DNA of 64,000 nucleotides from Lama glama (GCA_028534125.1 CM052818.1:16990001-17054000); one strand, 5' to 3'. Numbered from the stretch's first letter, positions 12,901 through 26,499 are shown. Notes: generated from the letters alone by a model not told the origin. Made by a program: numbers and translations.

Positions 12901-13914
12901 CCAACTTTCTCAAGTTGAGTTAGTAATACAAATATTGGATTCCTAGTTACCATCTCTTTGTTTTCCTTTCATAATTTTATTAATCATTAGTGGTAGTAAA
13001 AATTGCTATTTTACTGTGGAAATAGCAGAGCTCATTTATCCAGAACATTTCAGAAGTGCAAACAGCTGTAACATTTTTGCATTTGTGGTTGCACTTTTTG
13101 TTCTGTGCCAGTTTATTTGGCCTCTGCACACAAGTGTAAGCAGAAAAAGTGCGAAGGATCACACTGTAGATCAAAGGAGTGTGGCTACATTCTGAAGGAC
13201 AGCGAGGAAAACCCAGGAGGCAGCTGGGAGAAGCTGCTCAACATGGGACTCTGACTGCCCAGTGGAGCTGTTCTCCGCCAGGCCAGCCTCCAGTCCCGGA
13301 CCTCAGCCTGCTGCCTCTACTCCTTCTGTTAGCGTTTTGTATTTAGCATGTGGACATTTAGTCAGAATCTTCTTTCCTGTATTTCCTCTTTCAAAATCTG
13401 CTCACAGGGTTGATATCTTTTCTTTATACATTTTTGTACTCTCTCCTTTGAATTCTTGCCTTTTAAATCTGCCTTCCACTGTGATCTGTAAAAGCTTGCC
13501 CCATCAGAAACTATTCAATTATGAGCATTCAGCAGAGGCAGCAGGGCCAGTTTAAGAGAATAGAGCCTGGCAAACAGTAAGTTCTTTGCAAGGACTTTGC
13601 AAGGAGTAGATATTCTTCTATTCTACCCATGAGTAATGATGGCCCACTTCCCGTTTATAAGAATTCACTAATAGTTTTGTGTCTTTTTCAGATTGAACTT
13701 TTAAAATTAAATATGAAACTCATAGATAATCACGGATGAGGATTCAGGGCCAATATTCACAAAATGAATATTTTGACTGGTGGATAAAGAAACAGTGATT
13801 GACAGTGGGACTTTTGTGTTGTGCTAAAATGAAAAAGTTGACAAGGACAGATTAGAAGAGGTGTGAGTAGTTGTTTAAATGCAGCACTGACGGAATGACT
13901 CATACCACTAAAAG

Positions 13915-13973
13915 GGAAACAAAAAAAAAAAAGAAAGAAAAAAAAGAAAAGAAGAGAAAAAAGAAAAGAAAAA
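13915..13973. repeat. A-rich (GAAAA)n-type simple repeat
   Basis: Poly-A run with interspersed G, seen directly. Confidence 0.85.
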
Positions 13974-16008
13974 CCTCTCCTCAATTTTTGATCTTGGATC
14001 ATCATGGCTGGCAGGGCTAACGAGATCGATGGCAAAAATAGCTTTTTGTTGACAGGTCATAAAATAAACAAGGACAAAATAGTGGTGGGTGAGTGATTTT
14101 AAATTCTCTGTGTTATATCATATTCAAGTGTGGCCCTTCACACTCTGATTAGAATTTTAAATATGTCTGGGAATTAAGAAGAACAGGAAGTTATGAAAAA
14201 AAGATCTCCACAGAGCAACTTCTTACGCAGGCTGGAATGCTTTGACCTTGAAAAGATAAATTCAGAACAAGCTAAAAACAGCACAGAGCATTACTGCTAA
14301 CATAACGGTGCTTCACATGTTATTATGTAGCACAAAGTACAAAGAAACAGCCAAAGAATGAAAAAGGAATTATGTTTAAAATAGGATGATGTAATTATAC
14401 AATCTTTAATACTATTCAAAGGCATTTTTATTCTATTTATGAAATACAGCCTTCTTTTCTTACAGAAAATCATTTAGATTATGTGTTCCAAAAGAATTTT
14501 TCTATATTTTGTTTTAGTTAACTCAACCTACTTGGAAAATAAAAGAGGAAAAGGGGAATTAGTAAAGATTAGATAGAATCTTTTCTTTTTAATAATCTCA
14601 AGTCAATTCATTTGATATTTTTTCTCTGTTTTCACACCCAGATACATCTCCCAAAGCTAGCCTGAATCAGTACAGGATGTAAATTAAAGGCATTTCAGAA
14701 GAGTATAGGTAACTTCCATCTAGATAGCTCCAAATTTTTATAGAAGTATAAAACTAAGTTTATTTTGGAAGATTTTACAAATGAATATTCTATCTTCTTC
14801 ATGGGCAACGGGAGCTGTGGGCTGTTATTATAGTTCAGAGGGAGAAAGGAAAGGGGGGGGTTCTATGGGAGCATCCTGAGCCTGCCTGAGGGCCGTCAGA
14901 AGACTGACCGAGACCTCGGAGGGCTGGTAAAGTGTGATGCGGGCAAGAGTCCTAAAGGGGCCTGGGCAGTTATTCAGTGTTCCTTTTTGTCTCCTTTGGT
15001 CCAATCTGGCAATTCTCTGAAGTGCAGTATTATTCTGCAGTGCAGAAACAGCAACCCTGATTGTAAAAATAAAAAAGCCTCACAAATCCTTACAGTGGCA
15101 TTTCAGAACAAAACAGGTCATGTATACTGTTTCCACATAAGAAAATAAGACACTTTCCTCCCTCCTAATGAAATAAAATGAACATTTAAAGAGATTTAAT
15201 TTTTTTCAACTTTGATGTTCAAAAAAATCTTCATTTATTTGAATTGCTGTAAAAATATGAGATGAAAAGGTCACTCTGAACCTGTTAGCTAGCACAAAGT
15301 TAAGCTGATAAAAACTATTCTGAAACATGAATTTCCGTTTACATGTAATATAGTTATTTAAGTGATATACGTTGGATCAGGCCCAGTTCACCTTCCTGAG
15401 ATTTTCTTTCTCCACGTCAGACTGTTTATTCATTTTTGTGTGCATTTTTAAGCTACGAAATTTCACTACTAAAATCACTTAGTATATGAAGCCAACTATA
15501 CATGACTTTCGTCTTTAAAGCCTCTACAAAGACAGTGTGACCATTAGAGATTCCTGTCATGCCTCCATCTAAATGTAATCATTGACTTTTGAAGTATTAA
15601 AAGAAAATGCCTTTAGAAAAATGTCACCCCAGGGCAGTGAGGATCCCAATTTAACATCCCATTTAATACATCGTTTAATCTGTTGTACGTTCGAAGGGTG
15701 GATATTTCACATGGGTAATACAGGGAACACGGTAGTTAAGCAGTTCTCATGGCTAGAGGAAAAGAATGGGGAGGAGAGTGGTGAATTTAATATTTCTGTG
15801 TGTTTGCGGAAGAGAGAATCAGGAGAAATACTTGCCATATTTTCTCTCCTTTGGTTTGTGCCACTTAGACCAAGGAAATTAGCATTTTCAAGCCCAGAGT
15901 TTGATCAGATCTGTGTTCTAAGATGACACTTAGGATAAGAGTGCTTCAGCACAGATATGGAATATATTTCTATACAAATATATGTTTTCAAGGCCACTTA
16001 TTAGAGAC

Positions 16009-17480
16009 TGATAGGGAATATATATTTGGTCTTCCTCCCTGGTTTTTGGTGCAGAGTTCCTAAAATCACACGTATTTTCCGGGAGATTGGTTTGAGAAGA
16101 ACGTCTTTTGTTACTCATAATGAGCCCCTTTCAGCCATACCTGGACGTATGCTGGTGTTGTGATTCTGGGACAATGGTGGCTTCAGAGGAACCAACCAGT
16201 GGTTACAGGCTTGGAATTTTACCCTTACCCCCTGACCCTCTGGGGAGAGGAATGGGGCTGGCAATTGAGTTCAATCACCAATGGCCAATGATTTAATTTA
16301 ATAATTTAATCTATCATACCTGTGTAATAAAGTGTCCATAAAAACTCTAACCAAAGGAGTTCAGAAAGCTTCTGAGTTAGTGAGCATAGCAAGGTGCAAA
16401 TCTGGAGAAGGCATGGACGCTCCATGCCTCTCCCACGTACCTTGCCCTATACATCTCTTCTGTTTGGCTATTCCTGAAATATAGTCTTTTTTTTAAATTT
16501 CATTGAAGTATAGTTGATATATAGTATTATATAAGTTGCAGGTGTACAGTATAGTGAGTGATTCTTAATTTTTGAAGATTATACTCCTTTTATAGTTATT
16601 ATAAAATATTGTCTATATTCCCTGTGTTGTACAGTATATCCTTGTAGCTTATTTATACAAAATAGTTCGAATCTTTTAATCCCCTACCCTACATTTCCCC
16701 TTCCCCCTTCCCTCTCCCCACTGGTAACCACTAATTTATTCTCTTTATCTGTGAGTCTGTTTCTTTTTTGTTATATTCACTAAATTTCTTTTATTTTTTT
16801 AGTTTCCACATATAAGTGACATCATACAGTATTTGTCTTTCTCTGTCTGACTTATTTCACTTAGTATATAATATCCTCCAAATCCATCCATGTTATTGCA
16901 AATGGCAAAATGTCATTTTTTATGGCTGAGTAGTATTCCATTGTTTATAGACGCTACATGTTTTTTACCCATTCATCTGCTGATAGATATTTAGGTTGCT
17001 TTCATATCTTGGCAGTTGTAAATAATGCTTCTATGAACATTGGGATGCATGTATCTTTTTGAATTCATGCCGTATGACCCAGAAATTCCACTCCTGGGTA
17101 TATATCCAAAAGAAACAAAAGCACTAATTTAAAAAGATACATGAATTATATTCTTTATAATAAATGGGTAATAGTAAGTAAAGAGCTTTCCTGACTTCTG
17201 CGAGTTCTTCTATCAAATTATCAAACTTGAAGAGAGGGCTATGGAACAGAAGTACAGGTGACAACCTGGGACTTGAAATTGGCATCCGAAGTGGGGAGCA
17301 GTCTTGTGGGACTCATCCTTCAACATCTGGAGTCAGCTCTAACTCCTGGTAGTTGGTGTCAGAATTGAATTGTGAGACACACATTTGGTGTCTGCAGAGT
17401 TGTGGAACTGGTTGGTGTGGGAAAAAGCCCCACTCACTTTGTGTCAAAAGTGTCGAGAATAAAGGAAACAGGGATTTTTT
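16009..17480 (+). mobile_element. MER21-like LTR, split by an L1 insertion
   Basis: Start 'tgatagggaatatatatttggtc..cagagttcctaaaa', then 'gagttcaatcaccaatggccaatgattt' and 'ccttgccctatacatctcttc'; resumes after 17142 with 'ctttataataaa..ggtgacaacctgggacttg..ggtgtcagaattgaattg'. Confidence 0.75.
16487..17143 (-). mobile_element. 5'-truncated L1 3' end with a short 5' inversion (17071-17143 in + orientation)
   Basis: Poly-T then 'attgaagtatagttgat..ggctgagtagtattccatt..atgaacattgggatgcatgtatc' (antisense L1 3' end); then sense 'tatgacccagaaattccactcctgggtatatatcc'; 15-bp TSD with 2 mismatches at 16475-16489 and 17142-17156. Confidence 0.85.
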
Positions 17481-18322
17481 TTGGGGGGGTGGTGCACATT
17501 GTAATTCACTTCTATCACACTCTCTCACACCCATGAATATAATTGTGTATGAAATCTCTGAGTAAAGTTTCAGAGAAATCCAGATATTTGCAAACGCTTC
17601 CCTATTCCCTCCAGATCTCACGTACAGGGCTCTGGTGGTTTCATGGTATGATGCATTAGAGAGTTCATCCGTTTTGTTGCCTCTAGATGGTTTTTATTCT
17701 ATTCTTAAAGAGCACCATCAGAATTTCATAGCTCTGTGTGCTGAATCATTCATAGAAGAGGCCATTGAATGCATATTTATGAATGCCTGGAATATTCTGT
17801 TTTATCACACTGTGCTTTTTTGTTGTGTTTTGCATTTCAGGTTATGTGCAATTATCGACTAGCCTAGCAGCAAATTGTAGCGATTGGAAAGTTGAGTTTG
17901 ACTTCAAATTTATATAAAAGTGAAATGTTAGTATCACAGTTGGTTGCAGTTGTTATTCAAAATATGAGCCAATGAGAAACCGTGAATGGGTTTACAAAAT
18001 TATCAGCCTTTGCTTCTTCATTTCAAAATAACTTTTTTTGTAGGTGAAACAATGGATGGCAGTCTTTAATTCCATTTCTACATTGGACTGTCTTCTAGAT
18101 GCTTTTGGAAAATATGGAGATGTGAAGAACTTCCTCTGTTGCTACCTCAAAGTTTATTATTCATTAGGGAAGAGTCCATACGGTAAAAATAACCCCAACC
18201 ATAGTGTGAAATCAAGCAACTATGCTAAACTTAGGGGCAAGATCTAAACCAAGGACTTCTGACTGGGAAATCTGAACGGCTTCTTAGGGGATGTGACGTG
18301 GAGCTGGGCTTTGTTATACAGA

Positions 18323-18350
18323 GATTGATTGATTGATTGATTGATTGATT
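18323..18350. repeat. (GATT)7 microsatellite
   Basis: Perfect tetranucleotide array in the L1 tail, seen directly. Confidence 0.95.
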
Positions 18351-18594
18351 AACATTTTTTATTGATTTATAATCATTTTACAATGTTGTGTCAAATTCTA
18401 GTGTTCAGCACAATTTTTCAGTCATTCATGGACATATACACACTCATTGTCACATTTTTTCCTCTGTGAGTTATCATAACATTTTGTGTATATTTCCCTG
18501 TGCTATACAGTGTAATCTTGTTTATCTGTTCTACAATTTTGAAATCCCAGTCTATCCCTTCCCACCCTCCACCCACCTGGCAACCGCAAGTCTG
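18325..18594 (-). mobile_element. Young, probably camelid-type, L1 3' end with (AATC)n tail
   Basis: 'ttttattgatttataatcattttacaatgttgtgtc..cacaatttttcagtc..tttccctgtgctatacag'; flanked by identical 'tatacagaga' at 18315-18324 and 18595-18604; homologous to copies at 42299 and 53595. Confidence 0.8.
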
Positions 18595-19954
18595 TATACA
18601 GAGAATTTTTTAAATAGAGCTCATTTTGCACTGACTGAAATCTGTGAGGCTGATAGAACTGTAAAACTGCTTCTGTTTGTAAGGCTTTTTTTCCTTTTAT
18701 TTCCATCAGACTTTTAACATTTCTGGAAGGAAGGATAAAATGAGGGCTCAGAGACTGTATGCTTTTTATTGGTTTGTCTGCAGCGATGTTTTGTTTCAGC
18801 ATGCTCTTTAATGTAATAAGTTTGTATATATTAAATTTAGTTGAATGCTGATTTAAAAGGGTTTGGTGTGGATCTGAGTTTCAGTGTCTTAAAATAGAAT
18901 GAATTGATTACCCTGGCTCACGTTCACATAACTTAGATCCAACTGTAGAAAATGGAACTATTCATAGTCAAGGGGTATTTCTATTTATTTGTAGGTCTCC
19001 AGATTGGAAAAGAATTAGTTGTAACATGGTGGAAGCAGGCATAGCTAAGTGTGGTGGAGAAGACCTGAAATACAATGTAGCCCTACAGAGGCAAACCTTG
19101 TGATTATTGGTAGCAAGCCCATGGTGTCTCCCTATGGCCTTTGAGTTTGGGACTAATTGTATAATCCATTTTCTTCTAGTGGATTTCATACTAATTTTAG
19201 CCCTGAGAGTGATTGGGACTGGGAACGCCTTGCTGTCCTGCATGTAGCTTGGCATTAATCAAAGACAAAGACAAGTCGATCGTCATGCTGAAAAGAAAAG
19301 AAGTCCCTGACAAGATAAGGGATGCTATCTCTGCTTTCATCTTTGAGGCTTAGAAATCTTTACTGATTGCACTGGAGACCTGGTTGCTACTGGGCCCTAG
19401 GGAGAGAGGGACAGGCCAAGCACATTCGTCTCTCCTTCCCACCCAGCCCTGCGCCCTCTATCTGTTTTAGAAATACGAAATCCCTTTGTCATGACCATTG
19501 AGGGAAGCTCAGAAATGAACTGTGTGCCATAAATAAATAAGATGCGTATGGAGGGGTCTGGAGGGAGAGTTCTGCTGTTGCTAAGTGATCAAGATGAATA
19601 GGCAGATGGGCGAGTCTGTGTTTTGGCACCAGGTTGTCCTGGGGTCTGGAGATGGGGAGACTGGATACCACAGGTATTCGGGGACCCTATAGGCTACCTT
19701 CAGGGACAGCATTAGACACAAGGAAAGAGACTTTAGGTAGGGACCTTAATTTGGGCATTTTCTGGAAAGATGGAGGTGAAGTAGACAGCTTAATACATGT
19801 GAAAATACAGCTTGTTCTGGCCTTTTTCTTTCTGAGATTCTGACCTGGCCAACATTTTGCTATAAGGGGTAAAGGTGCAATTCTGAAAGATTCTAACAGG
19901 AAACCATAAATGTTGCCAATTATCCTTCAATTTTATTCTTCTAGACATTGCCCT

Positions 19955-20445
19955 TGTCAACTGAAATAAATGCACAGCCTAAAAGTTGAGAGTTATGTTT
20001 TATTTGGCGCGAGGACTCCAGCTGGGATGACAGCCTCTCAGATCACTCTGAGGGACTGCTCCGAAGAGGTAGGGGAAGAGCTAGGCTATATAGGAGCTTT
20101 ACAAGGACCAGGTGGTTGGAACAGTCAAAAATTACTTGTTATCTAAAGAAAACCAGGCATCTCAAGTTAAAGAATTTAGTGCTTTTCTATGTATGGGAGG
20201 AAGCAAACATGTGGGCTCATTGAATTCATTCCTTTGACAAGCATCTAGCTATCTAGGGCCAGGGTCCTGTCCTTTCTTATTCTGAGTCCCCTCAGAGTGC
20301 ACCATTGTGAGTGGCTCCAGAGTCTGGGCTGCGGGCTTGTCTTCACTAGGGGGTGGCAGCAGCCAATGATGACTTGGTGGCTTCAGCATTCTTTGTTTCA
20401 GCATTCTTTGTTTTCTGATATGGTTTGCAGTATTTTTTGTTCATA
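19955..20445 (-). mobile_element. ERV1-class solo LTR (MER41-like)
   Basis: 491 bp, starts TG and ends 'ttcata'; 4-bp TSD 'ccct' at 19951-19954 and 20446-20449; minus strand has TATA-like 'cctatatagc' followed by AATAAA and ends 'tttcagttgaca'. Confidence 0.75.
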
Positions 20446-23399
20446 CCCTCCATCTGTACATGAAAAAGAATAGACATCTAGTGATGGAGGGAAGATTTTG
20501 ATCTTCATGTTCCCTGAGGATTTAGACTAGGTTCCTTGAGTGTTGTCCAGCACACTTCCTTTACTTCCAGAAGGTCTCCTCAGCTTCTCTTGCTTGTATC
20601 TTGTCTAAACTGTCTGTTTTTCTATGGAGAAATACTTTGAAACGAAATGCAGAAACACACTACCAATTCCAAGAACAAACTCAACCCTAAAGGGTTTGCC
20701 CGCAATCTAGAATTAAGTGCAAAAAGCCTCTGCATATCCACAATAGCTTTCGTAAAAAACTCCAGATTATAAAGACAAGCATTTTCTTTCTTAGTGCCTC
20801 ACTCTGAGCCTGATTGACTTTTATTCAGCATGTCATTCTTAATCAGCCTGGTTATCTGGTTTCCCAGCCCACAACAGACTAGGAACAGCAAAGGAGAAGC
20901 CAAGAAGAGGCACAGTGACAGCCAAAGTGACAGCTGAAAGCTTGACATTGAGGGAGGAGAGAGAAAAATGATATAGTAGGCATAGAGCTATACAGCCATA
21001 TGGTACCATAATGAATGCTCACCAAGATGACCCCTGAGTCATCAAGGGAAAAGAAAGGCAGTATTATGTTTAGAGATACTTATGTAGGGAGGCAGGAAGC
21101 CAATGGGTAATATATTTTGTAAAGATTACCATCTAGAATTTAAGTCTTAAGTGAGCATAAGCTTTAGGTACGCGGAAAAGTCATTCTTCAGAACTGTTCT
21201 TTCCCAGGAAACACCCAGGTAAATGAGGTGTTACTAATCTCATCTTTAAATACCCTACTGATTTTCTCCTACAGTGTAGCCACAACTAGGCTCACTATTC
21301 ACTGTTTTTCAGCAGTTACCTTGTTACATGGGGAAACAAACCCAAAGCAATTCTAATGAAAAATGTCTTCTCTTTCTATTCAGTGCTAAATATTTTGAGT
21401 TCTGATTTGAAGCAGTTGATAAGTCAGATATTAACTGCTTAATTATGGAAATATTAAGAGTCTTGTTTCCTCCCAGTCTTCAGAGAATTGAGTTGAGAGT
21501 TAAGCACAAGGTTGCATTTTTACCAAACTCAACAAAATAGCTGCTAGCACTCTGTGGACATTAATTCCCATTTACATGCATAATACAAAAGATGCCCTGA
21601 CCTAATCAACCCATCACTGCACATTTCAATACATCTCTGGAGAAAGAGAGTCCTTGTCTCATTGACTTGGCAACAGTCCCTACCAGTGACCTTTAATGGT
21701 ATTATCCTCTCCCTGGGGAGGGAACTGAGATGTGGTAGACATTACAGGAACATGGCCTTTCTAAGAAATTGGATTTGAAAGCAGGATTTTGTTGGCTGTC
21801 AATTTTTACTTGTCATTTTAATGTGGTTTTATGTAGCATTTTATAGATTTTTTTTAAGTTTGCTTCCATTTATTAAGATAATCAGTAGTATTTTTGCAGA
21901 TGGACAGAGGACCTAGAACAAGTGGGCTCATTTTTTTTTTTTCTGAGTTTGGCTGGCATGAACTTACAGTGACAAGATTCCCTTTCATCTGTATAAAATA
22001 ATGATTTTTCCCCCTAAGGGAGCTCCTTTTAGAAACACCTAAGGACTGTAAGAAAGATTTGCTCTGATTTCCAGTTGTAACCTAAACTAGTTATGTATAA
22101 TAGGATGATAACAGTGGACTCTGGCCAATGAAACATCTCCAGGAAGTCTACGTGGAGAAGAATGCATTGTTTCAAATTGTATTGAAAACTTAGACTGGTA
22201 TTATCGCTCCAGCTCATGTAACTCATGCTCCGGATTCTGGGGTTGCCTATTCCTTTTTGATTACTCTGTGTTATCTCCAGACCAGGAGCTAGCTATCTGG
22301 CTCTTTCCTAATGTAATTTGGAAAATGGAATTTTTCTTCAAATGTTCTATTGCAGGCATAGCTCTTATAGTAGAGAAGCAAGTAGGGCCAAGACCTCACA
22401 GAAAGAGTGAAATGGGCCATATTTGCCTTTGCTATCCCAAGGCAGTGTGTTCTAAATGCTCACTTTTTCCCTTTCCATAATGATCAGCCACTTTAGACTC
22501 CATTTCAATCCTATTAAACTCAGCCCTGAGGAAACTAGCTCAAATAGTGTTCTTTATAGGGTGTAAATGACCAATAAAATAAAGGAAGGGTCTCAGAATC
22601 AAATGCCTGGCAGGTGATGGAGATGAGTGAAGCTGGCTCGGTATTAGGTGACAGCCAAGGTACAGTGTGTGAATCAGAGAATGTCTGTCTCACCATTGAA
22701 ATCCCCGTCATTTCTGTCACACAGGAATGAGGACCCAATAAGGCTAGATGTTTTGATTTTTTAGGAAAAACTGAACACCTAACTTTTTATTTGAAACCTT
22801 ATATTTATAAGTGTGGGCAACCACTTCCTTTTTTCCCCCTCTATATTGGCTAAATGTAACATTCTGCAAGTCAGTTTCTAAACCCCAATTTAAATACAAA
22901 ATATCTTCAGGCATTTTTTTGCTAGGATGTGTGGAAGGTTATGAGGATTCAGCTTTAAACCCTGAAGAGTATATTTCTAGCTGTAGAACTGCGGTCATCA
23001 GAAAGAGGAGGCAGGAATTTGGGAGGGAGAGGAGGTAAGTGGCTCCAAGCCCTTGAATTTATTTATACTTTCTAGAGAAAGCCTGTCCACTGTCAAGACT
23101 GTCTTAGAAGCAAGGTCTTTATCTTTGGGTTGGTCAAACTTGAGTGTAGGAGGGAAGCAGAACACAACAGAGCATCATATTAAGTGTGCAGCACCTGATG
23201 ATAACATTGAAAATACAGAGCTGTTAAATCTGCTATGATTTTTCAAATGCAAAAGAAATGTTGATGTTTAATGATGCAAAGACTGTAACTTTGGTCTTTC
23301 TGCAGCTGCTTTTATTTAGGTCAGAAGTAGGAAGATGGAACAAATTAGTATTTTAAGTAAGATACTAACAGGATAAAACAAAACTAAGACTATTAATTG

Positions 23400-23930
23400 T
23401 AAAATAAATTTGAGGCCAAAAGAGACCTATATGGTGGTTTAGGTCTAAACTTAATGGGTTCTATACTAGTTTTGAGGGACGCTAGGAATGGAGATACAAG
23501 GATGGAAATGAGAAATACTCCAAAAGAAAAAGGGACAAGGCATAGTCTGAATGAATATAAAGAATAAAAGTATCAGATGACTCAAAGTTTTGCAGCCATA
23601 GCAATGGACACAATTCTGGTGACAAGAAACAAGTTTGTGAGACAGAAAATGATTGTAATTTGGGTCTCATCAAGTTGGAGAGGGTAGGATATCCGGAAAA
23701 AGAATGCCACAGAGACCATGTAAAGAAGATAGTGACACGCGAGGGTATTGGACAGTCCTCAGTGTGTTAATTTCAGCCCCGCAGAGCGATGTCCCTAGCG
23801 TTTAGAGAGAAGGGCAAGAGACTGTGGGCTACATCGTTGCATGTGACAGCACTTACAGGAAAAAAGAATGAAAAAGAATATGAAGGAGAACAAACAAGTT
23901 AGCATCTTAAAAGTTAAGGTGGAAGAAAGA
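23400..23930 (-). mobile_element. Degenerate L2 fragment
   Basis: Purine-rich sequence with L2-like 'aaagtatcagatgactcaaagttttgcagcc'. Confidence 0.4.
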
Positions 23931-26499
23931 ATTAAAAAATAATGATAATAATCGATAATAATAAATAATAATAATCCTTAAGTGAGATATTCATTTCTAG
24001 AAGATAAAAATAGTTTTATTTAACTTTAAGAAGGGGAACAAACCAAAATTAAACCCATTTATAAAAATGCGTTGTATATAATAACTCTTAGAAAAATCGT
24101 ATTTTGAAAAATAATTAAGTCTTCCCATTTTTGGTGCCTTTATTAGTTAGTGGCCAAGGTTCAAATTCTCTGATTCATGTTCTGTACATATTTGTCTACA
24201 AGACGGAGGTTCCTCACATTCTCTAAGGAAAAAAATAATACGTAAACCAAGAGTTTTACAGTTTATGAAAACTAAACATGCCAATTTATTCGTATGAAAA
24301 GTACAAGTGAAATAAAAGGTGGATTTCAAAGTTTTTCCTTTACAGTTTAATATGGACATAAACTGGGATCTGGGCAAAAACCACATCTCTGAGTGTTCCA
24401 TAATCTGCATATTGACTTATATTAAATGATTCATGGAGTTACTTAGGGCTTGTCAGTATGTGTCAATTCATGTGTTCCTTGCAGGCAGAAAGAGGTATTT
24501 GGGAAACAGTTCAACTATAGATAATAAAACAGAAACCACCCAATACTGTGTATTTTCTTGTTCAGTTTTTCTCAGCTCCCAAAAACGTATTCTTATGGAA
24601 TTCTTTTAAATTATCATTCACATTTAAGAGTTGGTCTGAAAATCCAATTATAAATAATGTAGTTCAGCCATTAGTGTGAATTTAGTGTACTAATTAGTAT
24701 ACTATACTATAGTTTGGTGAAATTTGCAGTGCTAAGAGTAGTGGGTAACCTAGATACACTTAAAGAACAGAAAACTGCAGGAAGGGAGATGCATAGATGG
24801 ACAGAGGGGCGCATATAATAACTGATACCATTGAAGTAGATTGTTTTACAAAAATGAGCCTTCCAGAGAAGCGATGCTTTCCATTTTGTGCAACGAAACT
24901 TTTCTTTTTCATTTTACCATTTTGAAAGCAATCCATTACTTCCCACCTTGTTGAATGGAACCTGCTGACATAAGTTAACCTCTTTTCAATAACCCAAGGT
25001 CATCATTATGAACAGTAATCACTGTATTGCACTATAATACGGTAATGCCTGTGGGGCTGCTGAGGTGTGTAAGGCTGTTGCCCTCCTGCTAAGCTTCTAT
25101 GGTTTCTGAATTCCTATATCTATCATTTGTAATTCATTTTTAAAATCCTCCTTCCTTATTAGGAGAGCAATTGCTTGTTATCATCAATATGCCTGCTTCC
25201 TGAAGCCGCTTCCATGTTAGAGCTACTGTTTGCTTCTGATTTGCTGTAGGCTAGAAAGCCAAACCGCATAAAATTTAGAATCCTGTCAGAGATAAAGCTG
25301 ATAGATTACGAAGGAGGTTCTAAAGAGCACTTCCATGTGCAAAGTGAATAAACTTCTGTGAAAGAATTATGTAACAGCTATTTCAGCTTTTAGATACTTT
25401 TCTTTATTTGCTTCCTGATGATTGTAGGTTAACCACCTTCAAGATAAGAGTGATCTGTGTATACAGAGCAACTGAAAGTTGCCTCCTCTCTGTGATCAAA
25501 GCACGTCACACTTAGTAGGCCCTCAGTGGTTGATGAATAAGTATGTATTTATTTATATAACTGTATCTGTATATAGACATATATGCCCATATATGTAAAA
25601 CTTGTGTATAAATGTGTTACTATATGAAGCTACATTGCAAAGTATTGATATCACTTCCCTCCCCACAAAGTCTTATAATTAATACAGCTATCTAGGTCAA
25701 TAAAAATGCATATATGCGCTTTATCTTTTAAAATTACTTCTGCATTACTGAGATTACTTCTGTTCCTTTCCCAGAGCTTAGAACATGGTGTGTGCTGTTT
25801 CACTGTGTCTTGCTAGATCCTTGGAAATATTAGCTCCTGAAAATTGCAGTCCATGTCAGCCTATTGGAGTGGGATGGTGTTATCTCCTGATAATGAAACA
25901 ATATTGCATGTCACTATGACTTGCTTTTGTTTGACCCTTTTTGCCTTTGGACTGACACCAAGTTATAACATTGTTAAATGCTGAAAAATAGTGTAGCCCT
26001 AAGTTTAGTGCTTTTACATGTGCCAACCAAGCCATGAAGCTCCGAATAGATTTTCTTCTCCCTTATTTAATCTTAATAAGCTAAGAAGTTTAGCACCATA
26101 CTTTTGAGACCGTTACTAGCACTCTGTGTAGAAAGTCAGTTCTTACCTTCTTTTAAAAAGTAGGAAGAGATTGGACGGTGTATGGGAATGAGAGCAATTT
26201 AAAGATGAATTTGGTTGTCTATTAAAAGTAAATGGGCAAAAGATTTAGGAGATTTTCTTGGGGAAAACCATATGGTTCTTTGCAGGTAGAGTGATGTTAG
26301 TCATTGTTTTCAGGCTGAATAATTTACTGGGGCACATACATGGTCTCACATGGATGACAGGTAGAGATACTATATTAGACAGGAAGTTTTAGGGCATGGG
26401 AAAAGGAAATTAATTAATCTAGGTGGGGATGCAAACCTGTGACTTTGTCACTATATGCTAACCTACAAGTTAATAGGGCTTGCATTTATTTAACGGCTG

